Under the pieces are notes generated by a model, which saw only the letters and a list, made by a program, of their open reading frames with translations, was not told the DNA's origin and made no database searches. The position numbers were made by a program, and so were the translations under genes. A stretch of DNA of 40,860 nucleotides from a virus (Duplodnaviria; Caudoviricetes): positions 1-40,860 of IMG/VR virus record IMGVR_UViG_3300037851_000100. The stretch is one strand, 5' to 3'. Below, piece by piece: positions 1 through 7,824 of this stretch. Position 1 is the stretch's first letter. The number at the start of each line of letters is the position of its first letter.

Positions 1-1274
1 AGGTCTGCGTTACCTGTAACCCCGCCACCAAGATCACCCGGAATCAGCGGATAGCAGTGAACGATTGGTCGGGTTGGCTCAATCTTTTGTACAGCGTCTT
101 TAAAGTTCGCGCCGGTAGCCCCCCAGCCGCTTTCAATTTCTGACCACGTTGAAGTCGTTGGACTAGAGAGCGATGACCAACAAACAACAATGTCCGCGCT
201 GTGACCAACAAAGTCTTGCCACTTACGCAAACCAGAATTTGCGTCAGTAAGACTATATGTTCCGACTTGGCCGGGGCCATGTGCCCATGCTGGACCACCA
301 GACATCTTTACGAACGGATATGTACTGGAAGCGGCAGCCTGCACCGTCACCGCGCAGGTCGCCTCGGCGTACAGCCCCGTCGGATCGGTCGCGCGCACGA
401 CGATGCTGCCGCTCGTACCGGCGGCCGAGCTGCTCACCGAGACGAGGCCCGTGCTGCTGTCGATCGTGATGCCGCTGCGCGTGGTGGTGAGCGAGTAAGT
501 CAGCACCTCGCCGGGATTCGGGTCGGTCGCCGCGAACTGGATCGTATGGCCGACGCTGACGCTGACGGAGGTCGGCGCGAGTGTGAACGATGGCGCAAGC
601 GCCGGCAGCGTGACGGTGCAGGACCAATCCGAGTACAGACCGGCGGGATCGGTGATCCGCACCGTGAGCGCACGCACGCCAGCAGTCGCCGCTGAAGTCA
701 CGGTGAGCAGTCCCGCCGCCGAAATCGAGATGCCGGTGTACGCCTGGCCGACGAGCGAGTACGTCAGCGGCGTGTCGCCGTTCGGGTCGTAACCGTGCGT
801 CGCGAAATTGTAGGTGCCGCCGGTGCCCTGCGTGAAGCTCAGCGCGGACGGTGCGCCGACGAGTGACGGTGCGGCATTGCTCTGCACCGCGAGTTGCACG
901 GTGCCGAGTTCGCCGGACGCGCCGACCGACCAGGTTCCACCGTAAGTGAAATCGGCACCCGAACCGGCTGCGCCGAAACTCCCGCTCACCCAGCGCGTGC
1001 CAGACTCGAAGCGCAGATACCACGTCGCCGGATCCGGCGTGCCGGCGCCCGAGACCTGGAATCCGGACATCTCGGCCGCGGTGACGATGCCGCCAGAGCG
1101 CGTGGCCCACGGCGTGCCCATCGTACCGGACGCCTTGAGGTTGCCGCCGCCATCGTAGACTTTCACGCTCACCGGATCGGCGAGCGCGTCGATGACCGCC
1201 TGCGCCGCGTCCGCTGCGGACGGCAGCTCGGCCTTGTACTCGGCAAGCGTCGTGCTGTCGAGCGCGAGCGTCAT
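1..1274 (-). CDS. Fibre/adhesin protein: N-terminal fibre-subunit-like domain, two Ig/cadherin-like repeats, start of a GH26-like glycoside hydrolase; runs off left end (not in ORF track)
   Basis: ATG at 1274 overlaps the upstream stop (ATGA); open for 424 codons: MTLALDSTTLAEYKA...DPNGDTPLTYSL...VRITDPAGLY...DPNPGEVLTYSL...VRATDPTGLY...RKWQDFVGHSADIVVCW...PIVHCYPLIPG. Confidence 0.8.
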   Translation of the reverse strand, partial: MTLALDSTTLAEYKAELPSAADAAQAVIDALADPVSVKVYDGGGNLKASGTMGTPWATRSGGIVTAAEMSGFQVSGAGTPDPATWYLRFESGTRWVSGSFGAAGSGADFTYGGTWSVGASGELGTVQLAVQSNAAPSLVGAPSALSFTQGTGGTYNFATHGYDPNGDTPLTYSLVGQAYTGISISAAGLLTVTSAATAGVRALTVRITDPAGLYSDWSCTVTLPALAPSFTLAPTSVSVSVGHTIQFAATDPNPGEVLTYSLTTTRSGITIDSSTGLVSVSSSAAGTSGSIVVRATDPTGLYAEATCAVTVQAAASSTYPFVKMSGGPAWAHGPGQVGTYSLTDANSGLRKWQDFVGHSADIVVCWSSLSSPTTSTWSEIESGWGATGANFKDAVQKIEPTRPIVHCYPLIPGDLGGGVTGNAD

Positions 1275-1495
1275 GGCAGTGCCAGCGTCCCGTTGATCAC
1301 GACCGACGGCGACGCCGCAAAAGTCACCGTCGCACTTTCGAGCCGCACACTATACGTGCCGGACGCCCCGCCGGACTTCGCGGCGATCACGTCGGCCGCC
1401 GCGGTGAGCAGGGACGCCGGCGGCGTGCCGCGCCACAGCCGACGGTTGCCGCGGTACAGCTCCGCGACACCCTTCGCCGTGAAAATCACCGGCAC
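1271..1495 (-). CDS. Small hypothetical late protein
   Basis: GTG just after upstream stop; stop overlaps next ATG. Confidence 0.6.
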   Translation of the reverse strand: MPVIFTAKGVAELYRGNRRLWRGTPPASLLTAAADVIAAKSGGASGTYSVRLESATVTFAASPSVVINGTLALP

Positions 1496-1496
1496 G

Positions 1497-1667
1497 TCAG
1501 TCGCCCGAACGCGCCTTCGCGATCGCCGCTTCCAGCTCGTCGAGCGCCGTGTCGAGCTGCGCCGACAGCGCACTCTGCACGCTCACCTCGTCCGAGCCGG
1601 CCGCGACCGCCTCGGCAATCGCTTTCTCGAGCGCCTTGTACAGCGCCCGCGCTTCGTCGAGTTTCAT
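1497..1667 (-). CDS. Small helical/coiled-coil hypothetical protein
   Basis: MKLDEARALYKALEKAIAEA..., ATGA overlap with upstream gene. Confidence 0.7.
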   Translation of the reverse strand: MKLDEARALYKALEKAIAEAVAAGSDEVSVQSALSAQLDTALDELEAAIAKARSGD

Positions 1668-2068
1668 CGCGCCCCCCCGAGGATCATCTGCATCTGAGCG
1701 ACCGCTCCATCCGCCGCCGCGAGCCGCACGCCGTCGAGCGTGCCGGCGTGACACGCCGCGTCGAGATCGGCCTTCGCGCCCCGACCGAGTTTCAGCACTG
1801 TCTCGGCCAGGGAGGCATCCAGCCGGCCATCCTCGAGCGCACGCGTGGCCCGCTCCACCGCCACCTGCGCCGCGGTGTACACCGGCGCGGTCTGCGCCTC
1901 GCAGGCAGATGTCGACAGCGTGCCCACGATGATCGGCGCACGCGCCGCAGCCGAGCCCGCCAGCGCCGAGGAAATCGGCGACTGCGAACAGCCAACGAGC
2001 AGCGCGAACACCGTTGCGAGCAGCACCGCTCGCGCCTGTGCTTTTGGTGACATGGTGTTGTTACTCAC
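1664..2068 (-). CDS. Predicted lipoprotein
   Basis: Hydrophobic N-terminus ending in lipobox LLVG-C; two further Cys. Confidence 0.75.
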   Translation of the reverse strand: MSNNTMSPKAQARAVLLATVFALLVGCSQSPISSALAGSAAARAPIIVGTLSTSACEAQTAPVYTAAQVAVERATRALEDGRLDASLAETVLKLGRGAKADLDAACHAGTLDGVRLAAADGAVAQMQMILGGAR

Positions 2069-2574
2069 TGTAAAGTGATCGTCATCGCAGCTATGGCGAA
2101 ACTCACAGAATCGCCGCTGTTGATCGTTTTCGAGGTCGTCAGGTCATCGCAGATCCAGATATTTCCGGACGTGCTGGCGTCAGCGATAAACCAGTGCGTC
2201 ACCGTGCCCCAGCCTGCCGTGGGAGTGACGAAGGTAATTGCCGCATTGTTCGAGGTCTGCCCGCCCGTGCCCGTGCTGGCAGTAGTCGATCCCGCCGACT
2301 GCGTGCCGGCGAAGTTCGCGAGCGACGCGGTGACATCCTTGCGGGCATACGAGCCGCCGGTGACTTCGGTGCCGAAACTGGAATCCGAACAGGCCGTGGT
2401 CGACAGGCCGAAGTACAGCGTCGCCGGCGCGCCGAGCGACTGGCCGCGGAACAGCGCGTCGACCGTGGCGTTTTCGGCGTAGTCGCTGAGTGCCTGCGCG
2501 TGGACGAGCGATGCGGCGAACAGCGAGGCGGCGGCGAGCAGCGTGGCGCCGAACCACTTGCGGAATGCGGACAT
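2065..2574 (-). CDS. Small fibre-associated structural protein with N-terminal Sec signal peptide
   Basis: LSDYAEN...LFRGQ...TEVTGGSYAR...SNNAAITFVTPTAGWGTVTHWFIADASTSGN family signature, preceded by MSAFRKWFGATLLAAASLFAASLVHA. Confidence 0.8.
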   Translation of the reverse strand: MSAFRKWFGATLLAAASLFAASLVHAQALSDYAENATVDALFRGQSLGAPATLYFGLSTTACSDSSFGTEVTGGSYARKDVTASLANFAGTQSAGSTTASTGTGGQTSNNAAITFVTPTAGWGTVTHWFIADASTSGNIWICDDLTTSKTINSGDSVSFAIAAMTITLQ

Positions 2575-2677
2575 GGATGGGTCTCCGTTGGGGTCAGTCG
2601 ATCACGAAAAGGTCGGCGCCGAACGCGCGGTCATCGCGTAGTAGGTGCGAGAGATGTGCTGGCCGGGTCGGCGCCTG

Positions 2678-2703
2678 AAACAAAACGCCGCCCGAAGGCG
2701 GCG
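2678..2703 (-). terminator. Intrinsic terminator in late leader (tR'-like)
   Basis: Minus strand CGCCGCC-TTCG-GGCGGCG followed by TTTTGTTT, between Q-like gene and first late gene. Confidence 0.8.
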
Positions 2704-2766
2704 CGTGGACCCAGGATGGGGAGTACAGGGTCCGAAGAAATTTGTACGGGGCACGTAGATAACACG

Positions 2767-3207
2767 TCAGCGAGGCAAAAGTGTGCACACACTTTCAGCC
2801 CGCACCGTGTCGACGATCGAGAAGGCCCCCTCGACGAAGGTTTTGGCGCGCTGCACCCGCAGCCAATACTCCCGCACCGAGATCCCGAGCAGGTCGGCCC
2901 GAACCGTCTTTGAGCGCGGTTCCTGCAGCACGTAGTGCCAGTCCATCGTCTCCTTCAGCACCGGTGGCATTCGCCAATAGGCCGCGTTCACGGTGGCAAT
3001 GTCTCCGACGTAGACCTCCGGGAAGTGCTGCTCCACGCGCCCCGGCGAACGCGCCCCGGCGTGCAAGTCCCGCCGCTGACCCAGGGTCGAGCGGATCGCG
3101 CCGATGTACTCCCGCGCCTGCAGCGGCGTGGACAGGCCGAGTAACTGACGCCGCACCCGCGCCCAGGAGTAGCACAACTGGTCAATCGCATCCCGGCGCC
3201 GGACCAT
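2767..3207 (-). CDS. Late-gene regulator, antiterminator Q-like
   Basis: C-terminal sigma region-4-like HTH (KTVRADLLGISVREYWLRVQRAKTFV); last early gene before late leader terminator. Confidence 0.6.
   Translation of the reverse strand: MVRRRDAIDQLCYSWARVRRQLLGLSTPLQAREYIGAIRSTLGQRRDLHAGARSPGRVEQHFPEVYVGDIATVNAAYWRMPPVLKETMDWHYVLQEPRSKTVRADLLGISVREYWLRVQRAKTFVEGAFSIVDTVRAESVCTLLPR
2778..2795. promoter_or_regulatory. Inverted repeat at putative late promoter
   Basis: AAAGTGTG-CA-CACACTTT, perfect 8-bp arms, at the 3' end of the Q-like gene. Confidence 0.5.
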
Positions 3208-3608
3208 CACCCCCACTCCTGCAGCGTCCCGGCGACGCCCAGATACCGCTCGATCGCCTTGGCCGCCTCGACCCAGCCGAACGGCACCTCGACCCGGTAT
3301 CCCTGCTCCCGCAGCAGCTCATGCACCGCGCGCTGCTCCGGACTCACGCGCCCGCCGTGCGCCTTGAGTTCGAGGTAGAGGCCGTGGAAACCGACGGCCG
3401 GGATTGCTAGGGTCACGTCCGGCACGCCTGGCTTGACCCCAAGGCGCTTCAGCTTCACGGCTTCGCGGACGTTGCGCGATCCCCCGTTCGGAGTGTGCCA
3501 CGCGTAGTCCGCCAGCGCCCGACCGCGCCAGCGCGTGAGCCGCAGCCAGTCGAACAGATGGCACTGCTCCAGATCCTCCGAGACGCGCGGGAGGTGGAGC
3601 GTGGTCAT
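3207..3608 (-). CDS. VRR-NUC family nuclease (Holliday junction resolvase-like)
   Basis: HTPNGGSR...GVKPGVPD...GLYLELKAHGGRVSPEQ PD-(D/E)xK motif. Confidence 0.92.
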   Translation of the reverse strand: MTTLHLPRVSEDLEQCHLFDWLRLTRWRGRALADYAWHTPNGGSRNVREAVKLKRLGVKPGVPDVTLAIPAVGFHGLYLELKAHGGRVSPEQRAVHELLREQGYRVEVPFGWVEAAKAIERYLGVAGTLQEWG

Positions 3609-3735
3609 CTGACGTCCCCTCGCATACAATCCGCGCCCTGTCGGCGCACGCCGCTTCCCGCCACTACGCCGCCGGACCGCCTGGCCGGCTCGGCCTCCGA
3701 GCCAGGCGGTCTGCCTTGCAAACATCGCGATCCGC

Positions 3736-4053
3736 TCACACCGGCCTCCAAGTGCTCTGCGGCCGGCCGTTGACGGTGCATTCGCGTGGTGGACCGCGCC
3801 GGACCCTGCCCTGCCTCTGTAGTTCCGGCAGCCGCCGGCTCACGGCGTAGCGGTCCAGTTGCGCGTGCCGCGCCAGTTCAACGGCCGTCGAGCCAGGCCA
3901 TCGGGTCACGGCCGCCAGCACCGCCTCGGCCTGTCTTCCGAGCGCGCCGCTGGCCCGCAGCCGCTCGGCCGCGATACGGCTCGTTTCCGGATCCGTTCGC
4001 CGCGTCAGGCCGCGCGGGAGCGGTGTCGGCGTCAGCATGTCGAGTTGCTGCAT
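3736..4053 (-). CDS. Winged-helix DNA-binding protein
   Basis: RRTDPETSRIAA...GSTAVELARHAQLDRYAVSRRLPELQRQGRV. Confidence 0.8.
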   Translation of the reverse strand: MQQLDMLTPTPLPRGLTRRTDPETSRIAAERLRASGALGRQAEAVLAAVTRWPGSTAVELARHAQLDRYAVSRRLPELQRQGRVRRGPPRECTVNGRPQSTWRPV

Positions 4054-4291
4054 GGCTCGGCCTCAAGTCGGAATTGAACGGGTGCGATTCTTCGTCGAAG
4101 GCCGCGCGGCGGCCTTGCTCGAAAGTTCCAACGCGGACGTAGGCGAGCCGGGCGCCGAAGACTTCGCGGCACGCCTCGGCCAGCGCGAGTAGTTCCGGAT
4201 CGCGTTCGATCTGCGCACGGACTTCGGACTTTCGCGCTGCCAGGCGAGCTGCGATTCGAGCCAACCGAGCGTCGAGGTCTTCATCGGTCAC
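3878..4291 (-). CDS. Hypothetical protein
   Basis: GTG start VTDEDLDARLARIAARL fills the gap between P-like and HTH genes; 3' part overlaps the next gene. Confidence 0.4.
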   Translation of the reverse strand: MTDEDLDARLARIAARLAARKSEVRAQIERDPELLALAEACREVFGARLAYVRVGTFEQGRRAAFDEESHPFNSDLRPSHAATRHADADTAPARPDAANGSGNEPYRGRAAAGQRRARKTGRGGAGGRDPMAWLDGR

Positions 4292-4667
4292 TGCCGGGTA
4301 CTCGCCTGCCGAGTGCTGAGAACATCTCCTGCCTTCGACGCTCAACCTGGTCATCGGTCATGGTTGGCTTCTCATGCGTCAGAATTGCCGGCCGGTCGCC
4401 GTGAATGTAGGCGACACCGTTAGCGTCGTAGCGAACCTCCGACCGTGGAGCACCTCTCGCGAGTGCCACGAATTCGGGGAGGGTCGGTGGGAAAGGTGAG
4501 CCACCGTCAACCAGCTTTCGGAAGGCGAATTTCGCTTGTTCCGCCGTCATATTCACCATCGCCGCCACCCACGCCTCGTTCGGCGACGGGCCGTATTGAT
4601 CCGCGAACTTGTGGCCATAGGTCTGACCCAAGAGCCGCCACAGGTGGTCCAGCTGCTGAGGTGTCAC
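4281..4667 (-). CDS. Replication protein P-like (helicase loader)
   Basis: LWRLLGQTYGHKF...W...PFPPTLPEF motif; AGGAG RBS before GTG 4667; follows initiator. Confidence 0.7.
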   Translation of the reverse strand: MTPQQLDHLWRLLGQTYGHKFADQYGPSPNEAWVAAMVNMTAEQAKFAFRKLVDGGSPFPPTLPEFVALARGAPRSEVRYDANGVAYIHGDRPAILTHEKPTMTDDQVERRRQEMFSALGRRVPGSDR

Positions 4668-5361
4668 GTTGAGCACTCCTGCGATCGAGTTCCGCCATCG
4701 ATTCTTCGTACTTCGTCAGCCGCCGGCCTGCGGCGGGCTTCGCCTTCCGCATCCAATTCCGCCAGGTCTTCACCCAGTCGGTTTTACCGTTCGCGAAGGT
4801 GTAATCCTTGAACGCCGCCGTCTCTCGATCGACGTCAACGCCTGGGCAGTTCTTCTCGGCCCATCCGATCATCTCGACGGTCAACTCGAAATCATCCGGG
4901 CATGTGCGCGTGGCGGCGCGCTTGCGCGGCCGCCCACTCTCCGGAGGAGAGCAGTCAGGAGTCAGGAGTCCGGAGTCAGGAATCCGGAATCCGGAATCAG
5001 GAGTCAGACGGGCTGGAACTGTGCTAGCACCAGACTCACATGGTGCTGGTATGGTGCTTTGTGGCTCTTTAACGTGTGGATTCTGGTGTTTTGCGAAGTT
5101 GACGACCTGTATGTACCGGACTTTCCCGGCCTCGTAGCGGGTGATGAATCCCCGGTCAGACAGCCATTGCAGGGATGTTTCGGTCAGGTCGAACGCGCGG
5201 CCGGGATTGATTTCCAGGTGGATCTTCGCCGGCCGGTCTTCAAGCCTTCCGGCCCTATCCGACAGGCACCATAGTCCTGCGAATACGATGGTGTAGATGG
5301 GATCCGAGAGGGCGAGAAGCTCATTCCGGAAAATGGACGGCTTCAGATTGCGCGCCCTCAC
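4507..5361 (-). CDS. Phage replication initiator (O-like)
   Basis: RARNLKPSIFRNE...LWCLSDRAGRLEDRP...NFAKHQNPH N-domain, central DNA repeats, C-terminal DWVKTWRNW motif. Confidence 0.85.
   Translation of the reverse strand: MRARNLKPSIFRNELLALSDPIYTIVFAGLWCLSDRAGRLEDRPAKIHLEINPGRAFDLTETSLQWLSDRGFITRYEAGKVRYIQVVNFAKHQNPHVKEPQSTIPAPCESGASTVPARLTPDSGFRIPDSGLLTPDCSPPESGRPRKRAATRTCPDDFELTVEMIGWAEKNCPGVDVDRETAAFKDYTFANGKTDWVKTWRNWMRKAKPAAGRRLTKYEESMAELDRRSAQRDTSAAGPPVAALGSDLWPQVRGSIRPVAERGVGGGDGEYDGGTSEIRLPKAG
4951..5006. repeat. Eight tandem 7-bp repeats GGARTCM; putative origin iterons
   Basis: GCAGTCA GGAGTCA GGAGTCC GGAGTCA GGAATCC GGAATCC GGAATCA GGAGTCA inside the initiator gene. Confidence 0.8.
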
Positions 5362-5609
5362 CGCCGGCCTCCCCTGGAGGTCGCTCCGGCATCTTCCGGC
5401 TCCTGCCAGTCGAATTCCGGCTGGACTCCGTTTGCCGCGAAACGCTTGGTGGCTACCTTGTAGGCATGTGCCTTCCGCCGTGCCCACGCCTGCAGGATCT
5501 CGCGCGCGATTGCCGCCTTGTCGGTGCTGAAGGCGACCGCCTCCGCGTCGAGCCAGATGTCGATAGCTTCGGTGATGCCGAGGCGGAAGTCTTTCAGCGG
5601 GAGGCTCAT
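5358..5609 (-). CDS. Small DNA-binding protein in the cII position (ribbon-helix-helix-like)
   Basis: Between cro and initiator with 4-nt overlaps; LKDFRLGITEAIDIWLDAEA...DKAAIAREILQAW. Confidence 0.6.
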   Translation of the reverse strand: MSLPLKDFRLGITEAIDIWLDAEAVAFSTDKAAIAREILQAWARRKAHAYKVATKRFAANGVQPEFDWQEPEDAGATSRGGRR

Positions 5610-5806
5610 GCGGCGTGCGCCTTTTGCCTCACGAGGAAGTCATGAAGGGCCTGTACTCGCGTGACGGTCGGGTCCGACTGGTAGTCGCCCGCAAACTTCT
5701 TGAGCCATTCATAGGTCACTGGCAGGCCGGCGCCCTCGGCGATTTCACGAATCGACAGGTCGGAGGCTTCGAGCAGAGCCCGTGTTTTGGAGAGGAGGTC
5801 GGTCAT
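5606..5806 (-). CDS. cro: Cro-like repressor
   Basis: 66-aa HTH (LSIREIAEGAGLPVTYEWLKKF...DPTVTRVQALHDFL), divergent from cI. Confidence 0.8.
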   Translation of the reverse strand: MTDLLSKTRALLEASDLSIREIAEGAGLPVTYEWLKKFAGDYQSDPTVTRVQALHDFLVRQKAHAA

Positions 5807-5815
5807 AGTGCCGCG

Positions 5816-5880
5816 ACTATAGGGAATCATTTCCCTGCTTGTCAAGGAGCACTTTCCCGCCCGACCGGGAAAGAATTAGC
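5816..5880 (-). promoter_or_regulatory. pR-like promoter with three operators
   Basis: Minus-strand TTGACA (5845-5840), 18 bp, TATAGT (5821-5816); GGGAA-N4-TTCCC at 5822-5835, degenerate copies at 5845-5858 and 5867-5880. Confidence 0.8.
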
Positions 5881-5881
5881 C

Positions 5882-6229
5882 GTGGCAAATCGGCCGAAAC
5901 CGCGGGTCTCCCTGGCGCGCAATCTGCGCGTGTTGATGGAATCGTCCGCGTTGAACGGACCGGAGATCGCCCGCCGCGCCGGCGTGGACATCAAGACCGT
6001 GAACAACATGGTCAACGGCCGCTATGACCCGCGGCCCGAAAAGGTGGATCAGGTTGCGGCCGTATTCGGCCTGTCAGGCTGGCAATTGCTGATTCCAGAC
6101 CTGCCGGGCGACATGCTGCGAAACCACGGCCTGCCGGATCTCATCAGTAACTACGTATCCGCCAACCCGGACGGAAGGGATAACATTCTCCGTGTCGCCG
6201 AGATGGCGGCGCGCTACAAGAAGGGATGA
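5882..6229 (+). CDS. cI: CI-like XRE-family repressor, no peptidase domain
   Basis: LARNLRVLM...GPEIARRAGVDIKTVNNMVNGRYDPRPEKVDQVAAVFG; divergent from cro. Confidence 0.85.
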   Translation: MANRPKPRVSLARNLRVLMESSALNGPEIARRAGVDIKTVNNMVNGRYDPRPEKVDQVAAVFGLSGWQLLIPDLPGDMLRNHGLPDLISNYVSANPDGRDNILRVAEMAARYKKG

Positions 6230-6232
6230 CCG

Positions 6233-6472
6233 ATGGCCAAACAAGTCATTTGCGCGTCCTGCGGCACGGTCGGCAAACCGAGAACGGAAACCCGCGGATC
6301 CTTTCTGATCGAGATCATCCTGTGGCTGTGTTTCTTGGTCCCAGGGCTGATTTACACCCTCTGGCGCCTGACGACCCGCCAGCCGGTTTGCCGGGCGTGT
6401 CACGGCCACGAGCTGCTGCCGCTCGATACGCCCGGCGGGCGTGCCGCGGCTGCGAGATTCGGCGCAGCTTGA
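6233..6472 (+). CDS. Small membrane protein, CxxC-TM hairpin-CxxC (Pmp3/LITAF-like)
   Basis: CASC...GSFLIEIILWLCFLVPGLIYTLW...CRAC; starts 3 nt after cI stop. Confidence 0.8.
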   Translation: MAKQVICASCGTVGKPRTETRGSFLIEIILWLCFLVPGLIYTLWRLTTRQPVCRACHGHELLPLDTPGGRAAAARFGAA

Positions 6473-6535
6473 TTTCCTGACGGTTTCCGGATCTCCGGGC
6501 GCACTGCGGCCCGCTCCATTCGTGCGACCGCAGCC

Positions 6536-6582
6536 GGGAATGTTTTCCTTGACACCGGCAGCAACTTCGGGAATGATTTCCC
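6536..6582 (+). promoter_or_regulatory. pL-like promoter with two operators
   Basis: TTGACA 6549-6554, 17 bp, AATGAT 6572-6577; operators GGGAA-TGTT-TTCCT (6536-6549) and GGGAA-TGAT-TTCCC (6569-6582). Confidence 0.8.
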
Positions 6583-6615
6583 TTGTTGCCGGCCCCACCG
6601 GCTGCGGAGACAGCG

Positions 6616-6993
6616 ATGACCTTCGACGATTTCGTGGCCGAGCTGGCGGCGTCGGATTCGGATTTAGGCACGGACGACGTGTGCTCGCGCGTCAACAGCC
6701 GCACGCTGGAGGCTTGGGTTGCCGTCGAGTATCCGCACGCTCCGGCGCAGATGGTGAGCGATCTGCTCGACTCACTGACGCCGTTTCAGGCGCGGCTGCT
6801 GGGCGACGCGGTGCTAGCGCGAAATCCGCAGACAACCTCTTGGAGGCTCTTGCACGACGCGTTGCGCCGCGCCTGCGCGAAGGACGCGGCCTACAGCGCC
6901 GCTCTGATCCGCGAGCAGATCGAGCGCGCCGAAGTGCCGTTCGACGATCCGGTGCGGGCGGATCGGCGGGCGCTGGCGAGGGAGTCGCGATGA
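6616..6993 (+). CDS. Hypothetical early protein
   Basis: GGAGA RBS; first gene after pL; ATGA coupling downstream. Confidence 0.7.
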   Translation: MTFDDFVAELAASDSDLGTDDVCSRVNSRTLEAWVAVEYPHAPAQMVSDLLDSLTPFQARLLGDAVLARNPQTTSWRLLHDALRRACAKDAAYSAALIREQIERAEVPFDDPVRADRRALARESR

Positions 6994-7154
6994 GGACGCA
7001 GCTTTTCTGGTCGCTCGCGATCCTGGTCGCGTTCCTGCTGCCGCTGATCGTGGGGGCGTTTTGCATCGAGCGGCTCGCGCCGTCTCGCAAGTGGCTCAAG
7101 CGGCTGCGCGGCTTGGAGGCCGGGCGGCGCGCGATGGCAGAGGATTTGCAATGA
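6990..7154 (+). CDS. Small membrane protein
   Basis: MRTQLFWSLAILVAFLLPLIVGAFCI; ATGA overlaps both sides. Confidence 0.65.
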   Translation: MRTQLFWSLAILVAFLLPLIVGAFCIERLAPSRKWLKRLRGLEAGRRAMAEDLQ

Positions 7155-7378
7155 CCGAAATTTTCGACGCGCGGGCGGTATTCGAGGTCAAGCGCCAGGT
7201 GGACCGGATCCTGCAGCGCAAGCGCGAAGGCGCGCTGCACGCCTACCAGCGTGCAGCAATCCGCGAGGACGTGTGCATCGTAACGCTAGCGCACGCGCTG
7301 GCGAGCCACGGGCTCACGATTTCCAATGACCCGGACTTAGGGCTTGTGATTCACCCCCTGCCCCGGGAGGCCGCATGA
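7151..7378 (+). CDS. Hypothetical protein
   Basis: ATGA overlaps both sides, GAGG RBS. Confidence 0.65.
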   Translation: MTEIFDARAVFEVKRQVDRILQRKREGALHAYQRAAIREDVCIVTLAHALASHGLTISNDPDLGLVIHPLPREAA

Positions 7379-7824
7379 AATTCGAGATCAAGCACAGATT
7401 CAGCGGGCACGTCCTGTTCACGGCCGAAACTGAGTCGAGGAATCTCGCCGTTGAATTTGCGGTTAAGACCCGCGCGTACCTCCGTTGCGCGGACCTCGGT
7501 GGCGCGGACCCCCGTGGCGCGGACCTCCGTGGCGCGAAACTGACTGCGGGTGACGGCACCGGCCTGCTCACGGTCGGCCCGCGTCCGGTACTTCAAATTG
7601 GCCCTATTGGCTCGCGAGCCGACACGCTTACTTCATTCCTGACCGATCACGGCGTCCACGTCCGCGCAGGGTGTTTCTGGGACACGCTGGCCGCGTTCAT
7701 GGCCGCAGTCGCAAAAAAACACGAACGTAACGATCACGCTCACGAGTATGCAGCCGCCGTGGCACTGATCCAGATGCACGCGCGACCGTGGACGCCGAAG
7801 GCTGAATCCCCGGAGGCCGCATGA
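7375..7824 (+). CDS. Pentapeptide-repeat protein
   Basis: MKFEIKHRFSG...AYLRC-ADLGG-ADPRG-ADLRG-AKL...GPIGSR...VRAGCF. Confidence 0.85.
   Translation: MKFEIKHRFSGHVLFTAETESRNLAVEFAVKTRAYLRCADLGGADPRGADLRGAKLTAGDGTGLLTVGPRPVLQIGPIGSRADTLTSFLTDHGVHVRAGCFWDTLAAFMAAVAKKHERNDHAHEYAAAVALIQMHARPWTPKAESPEAA

Noticed and set aside
253-1110. 285-aa minus-strand ORF from the track
   Set aside because: Wrong frame; the real gene starts at 1274 and runs off the window
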